Assembly (NCBI GenBank): GCA_905331295.1
Contig: CAJNYD010000022.1
Coordinates: forward strand, 1-47,711
DNA: 47,711 bases
Direction of reading: 5' to 3'
Source of the DNA: Rotaria socialis
Taxonomy: Eukaryota
Each line of letters opens with the position of its first letter. Within the stretch, counting starts at the first letter, position 1. Positions 1 through 13,019 of this stretch are shown one piece after another. The notes beneath the pieces are model-generated. The model ran no database searches. It was given only the letters and a program-made list of their open reading frames with translations, and was not told the DNA's origin. The position numbers and the translations under genes were made by a program.

Positions 1-299
1 GGTCGAGAAACCCTGAGAGGGAGGGACTAGGGGTGAATTTTTGTAGAAATCCTAACTATCGAAAATATATTCGAAAGTCACATAGGTTTGTTCTGTTTTT
101 AATGATGATTCAGAATATGGTATTAGTTTTAATTTAATCCATATTTTTCTAACTAAAGTCCCCTAAATACTAGTAAAGCAACAGCAGTTGATTTCACTTC
201 AGAGGTTTCTATTTTCACTCAAAAGATATCAGACCAATGATAAGAATATTCCCAAAACACGAGTTCTACAATTCTAGAATACTTTTGACTCGATTATCG

Positions 300-558
300 C
301 TTGAAAATAAAAATCATTTATTCCTTTAGTTTTCTTTTATTTTCTAAAGATAAATGATTTCTTTATCTTTAAAAAATAAATGATAAATTTTTTTTCAATC
401 ATTTTCTATTGTCTTCTAAACGTAAATGATCCATCTATCCTTAAAAACCTAAATTATAGATGCTTTTTCAATCATTTACGTTTATTTTCTAAAGATAACG
501 GATTCATTTATTTTTATCCTTTAGTATAAAGGAAAATAAAGATAAAGGGTCACCCCTA
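300..558. mobile_element. Right part of a hAT-like MITE inserted into the left arm of P-like element copy 1
   Basis: Ends in GGGTCACCCCTA (terminus reads TAGGGGTGA, like the hAT MITE at 9609) after many TTTATC/GATAAA motifs. Homology to P-like copy 2 resumes at 559. The matching left end and TSD cannot be confirmed in the window. Confidence 0.5.
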
Positions 559-726
559 ACTGACTCCACTTTTGAAATGTTCGCGCAGTATCTGTCCACC
601 ACCCATATACAACACATTCAATGAATAAAAAAAATTTTAATTCAACAAAGTATACCCTTTATTGAAAAAAAATCAAACAAAAACTAAAAAAAAAGAAAAA
701 AGAAAAAAGAAAAAAGATTTATATTA

Positions 727-3418
727 TCATTTATTGACCTGTTGCACGCGAAGTAATCGGTCATTTGAAAGTTTACTTTTCTCTTCTGTTAACAACCAAC
801 AAGCAGTTTGTTTGTGTAAAAATTTTGTATCATGATTTTATTTCGCTTTAAAATAGGTATGTTCAATATGAGGCTCCACTTTATCAGCAACTTTTACTCC
901 AGAGAAGTCTTTCGTTGTAGTATTTATTAAATCTTGAGTGTTATTTTGTTCATCTTCATTAGTGTAATCATTGTTAATAGAGCTATCATCATTGTCCTCA
1001 TTCATGCTGAGATCATTTGTTGTGTCCTCTCCGTCTTCATCATTGTCATCGTCACTTTCAAATACTTGATCGTCTATATTGCTTATTTGAGAAGAGTAAT
1101 TATGTTTTTATGAATTTGAATTTAATTGTTGAAATAAATATTCACTTAATGGTTTTAATTCAAGAACATGTTTTTTTTCCCCAATAAGTTCAATATATCT
1201 AGACCTTCAAGAATATCAACAACATGATGATAGGCATCAGTAATAACTTGTTCCATATCTATTTCATCAATTTCAATTTGACTGTGTGTAAATGATGATT
1301 GACGTTCAATCCGATGTTTATAATGAACCGGAAAGACTAACTTGTCAACTGAACCATTATGTAACTGTTTACATTTAATGTCATTCAATAATGATAATAT
1401 TTGGGCACGTCGTAGAAAATCATATACTGTAAAGTTGACTATGGTTGAATAAATTCCGCTTAGTGCTCGCGTATTTCTACAAATTGATTCACGAGCTTGC
1501 GGGTTAAACATAGTAATATTCAATATTTGTTGTGGTAACTGCTTTTGTTTGACAAGTAAAATAAAATATAATAAATTATGAGCATTTATTTCAATCGATA
1601 AATATGCTGGTTGTGTAATAAAATATCTGCTTTTATTATTTTTTCTGGTTTGTGTTAAATTAAAGGTTTTAAATTTAATCCAGGTAAACCCTAGTCGACA
1701 AAAAAACACTACACACCAAGCAGATCGTAGTCCTACAATAAAATCTTATTATATGTGATCTAGCGTGTATAAGTACTCACTTTCAACTATTGTTGTTGTT
1801 GTTGTTGTTTTTTCAATATAGGCTACTATAATCATTTTCAACACTTGAAAATAAAGCAAGGTTCCACGAGTATCAGCAGTTGCATTTAAAATGTTGAATA
1901 GATCATTAGATCATTAGATGTTAATTTCAAACAAGAACTAAAGTTTTGACGATCTTTAGGGTTAATGTCAGATTTTGTTAGACCATCATCAAGTTTAGAA
2001 TAAGTATCGTTTTCAATAATATCATGCAAATGATTGATCGATATTGACTGATTTCCGAGACATAATTCTGCTGTTGTTGATAATAAACGATTACGCCATT
2101 TGGTTACCAAATGTGTCGAATCTTGAAAAAATAATAATAACTGTTGTTCACAAAGATAAAACCAAGACCAATGTGATCTTATTTTTATTTGAAATGTTTG
2201 TGGGTGTTGGTGAACTTGAAAATGCGGATGAGCTCCAAGAAAACCGCTCATTAAACGCATCGCACGTAGATATTTTGGATCCGTGTCTATAAAAAACGCA
2301 ATTGTTCTTTAATAAAATTTGAAAAACAATTGTCTCACCAGTAGAAAAACCAATGATTCTGATATTTCTTTGTAAGGATTGATTAAATATATACCACCAT
2401 CTCTGTAATATATCGTTCGCTGTTGCAGTATTGTCAGTTCCATATGCTGATAATAGATAAGGACTTGGTATGCTGCTATTATCTGTGGATTGCACTGGCT
2501 GAATCATATGTACATTCAATAACGATGCTTTATCAATTGAATTGAACCATAATTTTAATGTATCAAATGAGTCAGTCTGATAATATGATTTAACTGGCAC
2601 TCCACGATCAAGTAATGAAGGAAATTCAGTAAATGTATTTGTTTTTGAATCATATTTAATTCTTTTAACTATACCAGTACAATCTTTAGAGCCGAATGCA
2701 TATTGCACATTAAGACTATCAAAATGTTTGTGAAGTTGATCGAATCTAAATTCTCCTTCACTGATTCTTGAATCTGAACTTGAAATCAATGAATTTAATA
2801 AAGATAGATGTGGTAAAGATCCAGGTAAATTTAATCTAAGAAATTCATAGGTCAATTTACCACCCAAAATATACAACGATAAAGCAAAATTCTTAATCGA
2901 ATTACTATATCGAAAATTATTTTTCGATTTTGTCAAATTATCAGTGATAGTATCAATAAAATAGTTTAAAAATTTATCTTTATTTTCATCAGCTTCATTT
3001 TCATTGCTAACTCGTTGATACCAAATAATTCATTTTTTTAACAATGGATATTTATTTATAAAATCAAATGATAAAGTGGGATTATAATCTGTATTACTAC
3101 TTGTTTTAATTTATTTTTGTTGCTGTTGCTTTAAAAATTCTAATAAACGATTCAAATTATTTATTAACCCAATCTTCACAATAAATGCTCCATTATCAAG
3201 TTGAAAACATGATCTTTCTCTTATAATTAAGAAACTAGATTCCGAAGAATTCATATTAAATATTTCAAAGATATTCGGTTTCGAATAAGAGATTGTGTAG
3301 ATGTAATTGATTGAAATTTTAGAATATCCACCATTTGTTGTCCAACTAATACTTGAATAAATTCATAAAAATCATCGTTCTTTAAAGAAAAAACATTCTC
3401 TGGCAATCTATCATGCAT
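727..3418 (-). pseudogene. P-element/THAP9-like DDE transposase pseudogene
   Basis: ORF fragments 2148-2936, 1886-2260 and 1155-1709 match the intact copy 2 gene (KDCTG, FFQDSTHLVTKWRNRLL, NPQARESICRN). Broken by several stops and frameshifts. Confidence 0.85.
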
Positions 3419-3754
3419 AAGAAGAAAATGATCGATTTTTTATCTAGAAAACCAAATGTGTTCAGACATAATAGTTTATAATAAGTTTGGAAACAAAAAT
3501 CTGACATATTTTTCAAACACTTCCGGCTGATAAACGACTGTGATGAGTCACATGTCGGTAATCTGAAGAAAACATCCATCATTTGAAAGGATGGAATGTT
3601 ACAAAAAATTGAAATGTACTAGCTACGCTTGTGTAGAGAACATCACTTTAGAAGCTATTGGCTCATAATATTCATGAATCATTAAACCTTTCTCGCTTGC
3701 TCTCTCTCTCTCGAGAGAGAATTTTATTTATACAAATATAATTAATATTTAAAT

Positions 3755-4805
3755 ATGTTTCCAACAGAAGCTCTTATTGATACATCAATTTTGCCATCTG
3801 ATATCATGTTATTACGTGACGTTAAATTTTTTGATTTTGTTCGAAAAGAAGCTGGTGATGCTGCTGTTGATCTTTTTGAAATTCAAAGTATCAATTGTGT
3901 TAAATCTTTGTTGATGACAGTTGATGTTTATTGTATTATGAATTTGAGAAGCAAAGCTTTAGATTGTTTTAAAAATAAACATGGTTTTATGCTTGATGAT
4001 GATACATTCATTATAAAAACTGGTATAAAAGGAAATATGGACTATCTTATTGATTTATTAAAACAAAAATGTACTGATGATGCAAAGTTAACAAAATCTT
4101 CAAAACGCAATCAATCATCATCACCATTAGATAGAACCATAAACAGATCCTCAACTACCACAGAATCAACAATGGCGTTTTTATCGAGTAATTCATCAAA
4201 CGTTGTCACATCAAAATCTTTAAACTTATCACTCGATGAACATAAAACTTATATAAATAATACACTGAACAATTGGTGTAAAAATAATGAATCAAGACTT
4301 AATTTGTCAAATGTGTCCTTGATTGAAGGTCAACATTACTCTATTTCCATATAAAATGATGCAAGTGGTGTATTAAAAGCTAATATAAAATGTTGCTGTA
4401 ACAAATGGATATCATTAACAAATAATCGTGGCAAATTTCAACTATCAAACTTTTACAGGCATTTACAAGATTTTCGTAATAATAATACATGTGATAAAAT
4501 GAAAGAATTAATAAAAAAATTGTAAGCTGATTTCATCAATAGCTGCAGATAATCAACAATCTTTTACATGTTCAGATACTGTATCAGATCAAGAATCATC
4601 ATCAGATACTACACCAGATCACGAATCATCATCAAATGCGGTATTACTTAATTCTACGTCTACCTCTATAACAACCGATGATCATGAGAGTCTTGAACGA
4701 CCTTCGCCATTATTAAAAAGTAAAAATAGAACGAAAATAAAGTTTCATTCAGTAGAATCATCTTATAATACGAAAGAAGTTGTAAAAAGAACGAGAAGAC
4801 AATAA
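3755..4805 (+). pseudogene. Partner gene (ORF2) of P-like element copy 1, disrupted
   Basis: Matches the ORF starting at 46817. Premature TAA at 4352 (TTA in copy 2) and a frameshift near 4520. Continues through KCCCNKW...SNFYRHL and a Ser/Thr/Asp-rich tail to a basic KRTRRQ-stop. Confidence 0.8.
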
Positions 4806-5804
4806 TATTTACCTTAGAAACATTTTCCTGTTTATACTTCTCGTTTTACTTCTTTCATAGTATATCATACAGTATATAGTCTTCTTATGAAGCTGGATTT
4901 TTTTAACTTTACAATTTCCTTATTATTTTTTAAAGTTTGTCATTCGTTAATTGTTTTCATATCTATATTTTTTCATATTTTTACACTTTATCAGACGCTA
5001 TGAAGCATCTTCAAAAGATTGTGATGGTAAAAAACGGAAATTTTTAATCGACAGTTAATGCATAGTCTGTTTTTTATTTCCGATAGCTGAAGGCAATAAG
5101 CAGCAAATTTTATCATAGCTTGGCTTGCTGGACTCCAGACAAGACTGGAGCCCAATGGAGTCCTGGAATACGCTATTTCCCCCTTGGGGTGTGGGTGATA
5201 GAATTGGTCTAGCACACCTACACCCACACCCAACATATAGAATAGCATAACGATGATTTTATTCATACATATCCGAATTTACTTTTTGAAGATTCAAATG
5301 TTCTTTTTAAATCATTTAAATATTTTAAGAGATGAAATTTAATATTTATTCAAATGAATTTAATATTTTAAATTCGAATGAAACATTTGTAAACAATTAG
5401 AAATAAAAGTAACATGAATGATTTTGAGAGGAGACGGTAGACTCCAACTTTTTGGAGTTTAGGAGTTTACCATTGCCGCATTGCAATTTCTGCTTTATCT
5501 ATTGTTCATACTGAATTTCGTCCAGGTAAAAACGGTTGCCTAGGACTAGGAGTTTATTTTACTCGATCAATTGAAGGAACAATTGAAAAAGCTGAAGGTA
5601 CAGGTAGTGCTCATATTATTGCAGAAATCTATATAGAAAAAGTTTATGAAGCTGAAAGAAAAGTTATAAGTAGAGGTCATCAAAAATTTGGGTGTGGGTG
5701 GGTGTGAGCGTGCTTGTGGGTGCGTTGGGACTTTGTATGTTTCCACACAGACACCCACCAAAAAACAGGATACAGTTTGTGTATCAGCAATAACCCAAAA
5801 AAAC

Positions 5805-6329
5805 AGCGATATTGTTCGACCCGTAGTTTGCGACAATAATGTCGGGTTTGCCGTCGCCATTGACATCGGCTGCTGACACAAAGAAAGGTAAAGAGCCAGA
5901 TGCATAGGAAGCTTGAGCAGCAAACATGCCCTTGCCAANCGTCGCCATTGACATCGACTGCTACCACGACGTTTGGCGAAGTGCCAGCTGGATAGGTCGC
6001 TTGAGCAGCAAACGTGCCGTTACCTGTGTTGAGGAGAACACCGATATTTTTCGAACCGTAGTTTGTGACAATAATGTCGGGTTTTCCGTCGCCATCGACA
6101 TCGGCTGCTGGCACAAAGGCCGGGCCAGTTCCAGCTGGATAGGTCGTTTGAGCAGCAAACGAGCCGTTGCCTATGTTGAGGAGAACACCGACATTGTTCG
6201 AACCGTAGTTTGCGACAATAATGTCGAGTTTGCCGTCGCCATTGACGTCGACTGCGTTTAGAGACCTAGGTTTAGAGCCAGTTGAATAGGTCGTTTTACC
6301 AGTGAATGTAGTATTACATTGAGCTATTC
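5805..6329 (-). CDS. FG-GAP/VCBS repeat protein exon, copy A (truncated or partly misassembled)
   Basis: Repeats of AVDVNGDGKPDIIVxNYGSxNVGVLLNxGNGTFAAQxTYxxG. Putative splice acceptor TTTGTTTAG at 6330. Single N at 5939. The repeats stop at ~5805. Confidence 0.8.
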
Positions 6330-7130
6330 CTAAACAAAAGTAATGTTTTTAGTACCTATATAATTATGCAGAAGTACTGTCTCATCACTGCGATTTTACT
6401 AACGAATGGCTGCATCCCGATCAGGGTCGGCGAGACTGAGACGGGGACTGAAAGATGTACCTCAGTCTTGAAAATTTTTGTGTTTCCCGGCGAAGTTGAA
6501 TACTTTCTCACATTCTTTACAGTTTTCATGGCGACCCTATCACCTCAAAAATCGATGAACTCTACCCCCAGTCCTCACCATTTCCTGCAACTGTTCTCTG
6601 CTAATTCATTCTTTATTTGGTGTGGTGATGCCACCTCAAATGTTTTTCTACTGAAACTCAACTGAACCAATCTTGGACTCGATAGAGACGGCAAACGATT
6701 GGAGCTCCTCCGCAACCGAACTCATGAGATTATCCCTTAGCTACATATAGTTGAATAGATCACAGTATGTCTCCAGTGGAAAGAGATGAGAAAATACTTC
6801 GATTCAATTGGACAAGTCAATGGTCAATTCAGCAAGCGTTTTATAACCTTTTTCAAAAAATAGGCTTGAATCTACTTAAAGGAAGCTCATTCCTCCGTAG
6901 TAGTACCACCCTCAAGATGAAAGAAAGAAGGTAGACAAAACAGAGGGGAAGACAGGGCAGAAAAATTAGAAAGAACTTTTATGACAAGTTAGTATTATGA
7001 ATTTCAAAATACAGCTGATGGTCAGTGTACCTTGAATAACTCTAGAACACAAGTAGTTCGTTTAACTACTGATTATAAAAGATTTAGTTAGGTGTACTAA
7101 TTGCAGTTAGACTAACTTAACTGCAACAGC
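6180..7130. repeat. Direct duplicate of 13590-14541 (FG-GAP gene 5' part and upstream DNA)
   Basis: Colinear high-similarity sequence, e.g. paired ORFs 6366-6665 and 13878-14075. Both copies end at ...CTTAACT(G/A)CAACAGC. Confidence 0.85.
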
Positions 7131-7713
7131 GTGATTGGTTGGTAGGGACGCAACATCAATTCCTGTGGTGTGGAGGATCTGAAAGAGATGTATCATATAG
7201 AGCTTTCTCGAATTGACTTTAAGCGATCGAGTAATGCATAATAATTGTGAAATCAGTTAGGTTTTAGTAAAAATATGGGACAAGTAATAAAGCTTTCAGC
7301 GCGATCCCTACGTGATTTAAATGTGAAACACGATGGAACTGCTTCCATAGTGGGCTAAAACATCATGTAATCAGATCACTTACAGCACTCGGCACTCGGC
7401 ACTTCCATACATTTGTTTCCCTTGATTCTTTTCAGCGGTGATAAGTGGACGCCTATCACCGGCGCAAATATCAGCCGGCCTCGTTAACTTGCCAGGTTTC
7501 AGTGAGCAAGTAGGTCGGCGTTTTAGTTTTGGTCGGCTCTGGTGAAGGACAAACTAATCCAGTCCAGGCAATCAGGTCAGACGCAAAAAGTAGCCTGTTA
7601 GTACATCTGATCTATCTATTATAGATACAATACAAATCAATATCAAAACAGACTCCACATACTGAGTGTGCCAAGAAACACGTGACTCCTATAGGATGAG
7701 ATAAATAGAGGGT

Positions 7714-8090
7714 CGTAACAGGTGACGGACGTCTATATACAAGTCATAGATGTTCCAAGACGTACGTCCCTCATTTATAACTAAATTAAATACGGGGTTA
7801 CAGCAACCGCTGGACGTCCACTTATAAGTCATAGAGCTAATGAACATATGGTCGCGATGTAATTGAATTTACATCACTAATGGACATCCTTGTATATGAC
7901 AACACATAATCTCGCACTGAATAGTATGTTATCTTTCTGTATCCTTTTCTCATCATATGTGTTTTTCTTTCTGTTTCTCTCTTATATTTTCCTTATTCTC
8001 TATCTGATATATAAGCTCGCGCTATATATGAAATAAGAGAGCATTTATTAGTTCTGAGTTGTTCGTGGAAAGACACTCTAAATTAAAATG
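7714..8090 (+). mobile_element. Solo-LTR-like repeat, related to 35700-36064
   Basis: Shared GGTTACA..AACCGC.GGACGTCCACTT.TAAGTCATAGAGCT...ATATGACAAC.CATAATC, followed by a CT-rich tract and TATATAAG. Exact ends and TSD not resolved. Confidence 0.45.
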
Positions 8091-8485
8091 TGTCTCATAT
8101 ATGTGTTGCGAGTTATAGTGTCGCAGGTTCAGTGTCGGAAATATGTCGCAACAGAATGTGTCGCTAATAAAGTTGTCTCGTTCTGTATGACAACTATCGA
8201 TTCACCGTTTTATTTTGCGTACAAGGCTCTATATAGAGAACCGAATTGAACATACGAAAATGATGTATTTTTATTGAAATATTTTTAGATTACTTCTCGC
8301 TTATTAATTAGTCGAGAGCATGCCTATCTTGATCATTGGTCGAGGTAGGACTACCCTGAAATGATCTGGTACAAAACCGGACCAACTCAAGACCGAACAG
8401 ATCTTAACATCTGACCTGCTTGAGTTTTCAGAATGTGTCGTACAAAATGTGTTGTGTTATCGCTGGAGATAATATGTCGCAAAGA

Positions 8486-8715
8486 CAAGGGGGAAACGGC
8501 AGACTTGAAGTAGAAAAGTACGTCAAAGTACATCAAAGTAGACTGCTTGAAGTAGTTCAAAGTAGGACCAAGTAGCTGCAGTAGGCTGAAGTAATCTCAA
8601 GTACTTCAAAGTAAACTACTTGAAGTAGCTTAAAGTAGCTTAAAGTAGCTTAAAGTAATTAGCTGAAAGTAGCTGGAAGTAACTTGAAGTCCAAAAGTTT
8701 GCTGTTCCCCCCTAG
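8486..8715. mobile_element. Non-autonomous P-like MITE
   Basis: TIRs CAAGGGGGAAACGGCAGACTT / AAGTTTGCTGTTCCCCCCTAG. Perfect 8-bp TSD CGCAAAGA (8478-8485, 8716-8723). Interior of ~10-bp AAGTAGCTT(A/G) repeats. Confidence 0.9.
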
Positions 8716-9407
8716 CGCAAAGAGCACATCGTATCGCACTTGAATGTGTCGCAAATCACAACATATGCGACACATTTAAACTTAGTGTGGAGTTCGCTAG
8801 AAATAGTTAGTAGTAGAACGTAATCAGAAAATTGTTAGACTTGACTTGAATTGAGAGACATACACATAGAATTAGTGTGTGTAATACATACATATATTAT
8901 TATCAGCGGTATTGTTGTCTTATTTGTTTTGTTTATTATGAACTATTTATAAAATAAATCATTACAATTGGCTATTGCTCAGACATTGTTATTTATAATA
9001 CTTGTAGTCCTCCACAATTTATTATCCACCATCTTATCTCAGTATATAATAATAATAATAATAGCTCCCATAGGCTTATCGCCCATTGGGGTCAGCGCTG
9101 GGGTCCATATGCGCTAGTTTCTTTCGTCTTTTTCTTTTTACGGACGACGGCATCTGTACTCCTTTCCGTCCAACGCTTCTCCCATATGGGTTGGCGATCA
9201 TCATAAGTGCCACGTGATTGTGACATCTATGATGGGGTTGTTTTTGACTCTGTATATTGACTAGCGATATAATCAATATACTATGGGATGAATCATCCGA
9301 GACAAGTAGCCGTTAGTGATTTGTCCAGGGTCATTACATAACTGGTGGTACTGAGGTTTGAACACAGTATCTTGTGAATATGTGTCGAACAACATATCCA
9401 CTCAGTC

Positions 9408-11440
9408 ATGTCGACTATTCTTCATAAAGGTTATATCTATACTGTAGAACGCAAAACAAAGACGAAATCAATCTTTCGATGTAAAAATCGAAATTGTAAA
9501 GGTAAGGACGCTTTGAACATCAATCAAATAATTCAAATGAAAATCATTTATCCATTAAGCTCGATGTCATACCAATTTATCCATGGACCCATTTCTCTCA
9601 CTACCAACTAGGGGTGGACCATTTTTTTAACGGAACTTAATTAATGACATTAATTAATGACTTCCATTAACGATTAATCTTAATGGTTAATGTTTTCTAA
9701 GAAAAACTTAATTCGTTAATATTAATGATTAATGAAAAACATTAACATTAATTTTAAAATTAATGTTTTCATTAATCATTAATATTAATGTCAATGTTCT
9801 TGAATGATATTAACGGTTAACGGAAACATTCACCATTAGTATGAATAGTAATGTTTTCGTTAATATTAGGGATTATATTTTCATTAATCATTAATATTAA
9901 TGTTAATGTTTTCATGAAAACATTAATTTTTCCATATTATTGAATTAGGCTTTTCTAAGGAAACATTATCTACAATTATTAATCAATTAACTGATCTTAA
10001 TAGCTAATGTTTTCTTAGAAAACATTAACCATTAAGATTAATGGTTAATGAGAAACATTAACATTAATATAAAATTAATGTTAATGGCCCACCCCTACTA
10101 CCAACATCACATTGTCATGCTCTACAACCTGATAGTATTCCAGCTATCCAAGTAAAAATTGAAATTGAGGCGCATGCTGCAATAACAGATGAACCAACCA
10201 GTACAATTATTCATTCGGCCTTACGTGCCTATCCACTCGGTGCTGCTGGTCAACTTCCAAAAAATGAATCACTTATGCTAATGATTCAACGACAACGTAC
10301 TACTGAAACGGTTGGTGCTGATTGGTCGTTTACCAGAAAAATTGAGAAAAAATATCGTGGCGAAGGCTTCATCTTGCACCAAGACAAAAAACTAATTATA
10401 TTTACAAAGAAAACTAATTTATCTATTCTGAAGCAAAACAAACATTGGTGCACTGACGGAACGTTCAAAGTAAATTATCAATCAAAATTTTCCTTTTCTT
10501 TCTAGTTTTCTTTCATGTAGATGTGTCCCGACGATTATTACCAACTCTTCATACTACATGCGATGATGATCGATGCAATTATTCCTCTCGTCTATGGATT
10601 ATTAATTGGTAACAGCGCTGAAGATTATAATTTATTCTTCGAAAAAGTGTTAAAACAAGACAACTTTCAACCTGAATCAAATATGACTGATTTCGAAACT
10701 GGCACAATCCAGTCAGTCAAAGATTTGTTGTCAACTATTCTACACAAAGGTAAGTTCTAATTTATGAGAAAAAAGTAATTGAAACGTTTTTTTTATAGGA
10801 TGTCTCTTTCATTTTTCACAAGCGGTATGGCGACAAGTTCAACGCAAAGGATTAACAACCAAATATAACGAGGATGAGGTTTTTCGTTTAAATGTAAAAC
10901 AATTAATTGCTCTCGCTTTTGTTTCACTAGATTAAATTATAACCGGCTTCGACTTGATTTGTGATCAATTCGACGATGACGCCGACGATTTACTCGAGTA
11001 TTTTGAAAAAACATGCATTGGTGAGCCGAAAATAAGTGGCGAGTATTTTTCTCTATTTTTAAGAAGTTTCAAATATACTTGTCTTTCTTAGGAACTGGTC
11101 GAAAGAAGCCTCAATTCGATCACAAATTATAGAATATTCATGATCGTGTCGTCGCTACTGTACCTCGACCCAATAATTCGGTTGAAGGCTGACACAATGC
11201 TTTCACTAATCACGTCGCAATAAGTCATCCAACTATCGTGAAACTTGGAGAGAAAATTCGTCGTGAACAATCAAAATGTGAAGTGGATATGATGAAGATT
11301 CTTCCAGGCCACGATATCAAGACGAAGAAAGCCTGCTATCGAAAATTCGACGAGCGTATTACTCGACTGGCCAACTCATTCGACCCAACTCAACTGGATC
11401 AATTTTTAAAAAAATGGCAGCTAACACTGCTATTTAGGTA
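9408..11440 (+). pseudogene. Mutator-like (MULE) transposase with FLYWCH zinc finger, copy 1
   Basis: Motifs HKGYIYTVER..FRC.NRNCK/ARCHT..HCH, HWCTDGTFK|VCPDDYYQLF, MTDFE, GCLFHFSQAVWR and RPNNSVEG. Short GT-AG introns. In-frame stops and a MITE insertion. Right terminus with GCGACGA-like repeats ends in GGTCACC at 11698. Confidence 0.85.
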
Positions 11441-13019
11441 TTTTCTTTTCTTTAAATTATTGTTTTTCTTTAGATTATTTTCTTTTCTTCTTTTTTTTCT
11501 CAATTTGTTCATTACTACGTTATGTATTATTCACAAAATCAACAAATATTAATTCATCAATTATTTATCTTTCAATAAAAAGAATAATTAATTAAGAGAG
11601 AAGATGCAATGAATGGATAGAGCTGAGCATAGCGAAAGAAATTTATCTGTGACGAAGTGAACGCAACGAAATGTCATGCGACGATGTGTGCGGTCACCAT
11701 AACGGTCTGTGAAGGGAAAGTGAGGAGTGAACAACACCCCGCAAAATCGCGAAATGGTTCAATAACTAGCAGAAATACTTTACCCCTAACAAATTCAAGG
11801 AGAAATCCATCAATTATCTACAGAAAGCATTTATTTTTGCGGAACTCACATATATTTTCGAAGGGAATGGTGAGTGTAAGTTTAAAAGCGAGATTCGTGT
11901 GGCTTTCCAATCCCTTCTCCCCATTACAGACATTAATGAGTTTGACATTGTGCTAATTAGCAGCTTCACTAATTAGGTTGCTACTTCTTTCTTTTTTAAT
12001 TACAGATCATAGTGGCTAACTTATGGTACCATTACACGCCATAGAAACTAGTCTCTGCCATTGTTAAATATACGCGCTAACAATTAATATTCCATTACAC
12101 ACATCAGCAATTAGACAATAACGAAATTATAAGTTTTGGAAATCAAGGTAGATTTTTCAGATGAACTATTTTGAATAATTTTAGTGAGCCTAAGGGATAT
12201 ATGTGAGTTCCACATTTTAGCCCCGGAGTGGCTGCGCTAATAAGCTTTTTCTCACTATAAGGGAATTTCTCACGAAGAGATGAATGTTTTTAATAGAAAT
12301 GGTTTATTTTGAACGTGAAATGAATAAGTCATATGTGGAATCCAACAGTTAATCTTATGCTGAGATTATGTTTCTGTAACTGAAAATGGAGGCGCTCTTG
12401 AGAAATATCGTGGGTAAGTGCGGAATAATTGCGGAGGGCAGGTTGTCTTGAAGCGGAAAATATGTAGCTGATGATTGTCATGATTGCTATGATTGTTGTA
12501 TTAGTTTTCAGTGGAGTAATACAGTTTTATGGAATAAGAAAATTCCTTCATTTGCAGACTTTTTTTTATGCACATGTTACGGTTACGAGTGCTATTAAAA
12601 AGACTTTCGTTCGGTTTAAGTTAAGGATGGTGTGAATTTTTTATTTCTTACATGTTGCGATGTTTTATCCAGGGCTTGTGAAGAAATATTATTCAATCAG
12701 AATTTTCTTTTCTTCGACAGAATGGAAATAGTGGTATAGATAATAATATGGCAGAGGAAAAACGCGTCAAAACGGGGACAAAGAATTTACATTTATTAAT
12801 AGAAAGGATAGAAGACAATATTGAAAGGCGTATTTTCTTTATTTCTAGTCATAGGTATTGAATATCTCGATATATGTTTAGAACGCAAACATGTATAGGT
12901 ACGTGTATATCTTTGATCATCTTACATAAACAGAATGAAAAGAAAATAATTTTTGCCTGGACGACATTTTTCTGCTTGAGATTTCCTAGGTTGGCTAAGA
13001 GTTCTTGAATTCCAAGCCG
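9541..13019. repeat. Segmental duplication paired with 19789-24841
   Basis: Colinear across the MULE body, its right end and ~1.3 kb of flank, up to GAATTCCAAGCCG at the N-gap. Confidence 0.85.
9609..10097. mobile_element. hAT-type MITE
   Basis: TIR TAGGGGTGG(A/G)CCATT. 8-bp TSD CTACCAAC. The empty site is seen in MULE copy 2 (~19846). Interior is rich in TTAATG/CATTAA. Confidence 0.92.

Larger units (their letters stand above)
559..5186. mobile_element. P-element-like two-gene DNA transposon, copy 1 (decayed; left terminus outside window)
   Basis: Colinear with 43666-47711. Right end CGCTATTTCCCCCTTG (5171-5186) is the exact reverse complement of the copy 2 left end CAAGGGGGAAATAGCG. Subterminal GGACTCCA/TGGAGTCC motifs at ~5130-5165. 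Confidence 0.85.

Noticed and set aside
28..558. TAGGGGTGA...TCACCCCTA as a complete MITE
   Set aside because: Only 9 bp match and the flanks (GGAGGGAC vs ACTGACTC) give no TSD. The true left end is probably outside the window.
8100..8780. Left terminus of MULE copy 1 among TGTCGC repeats
   Set aside because: No convincing inverted match to the GGTCACC right end and no TSD.
8786..9338. Possible LTR insertion (TG...CA) upstream of the MULE gene
   Set aside because: No TSD or second copy found.
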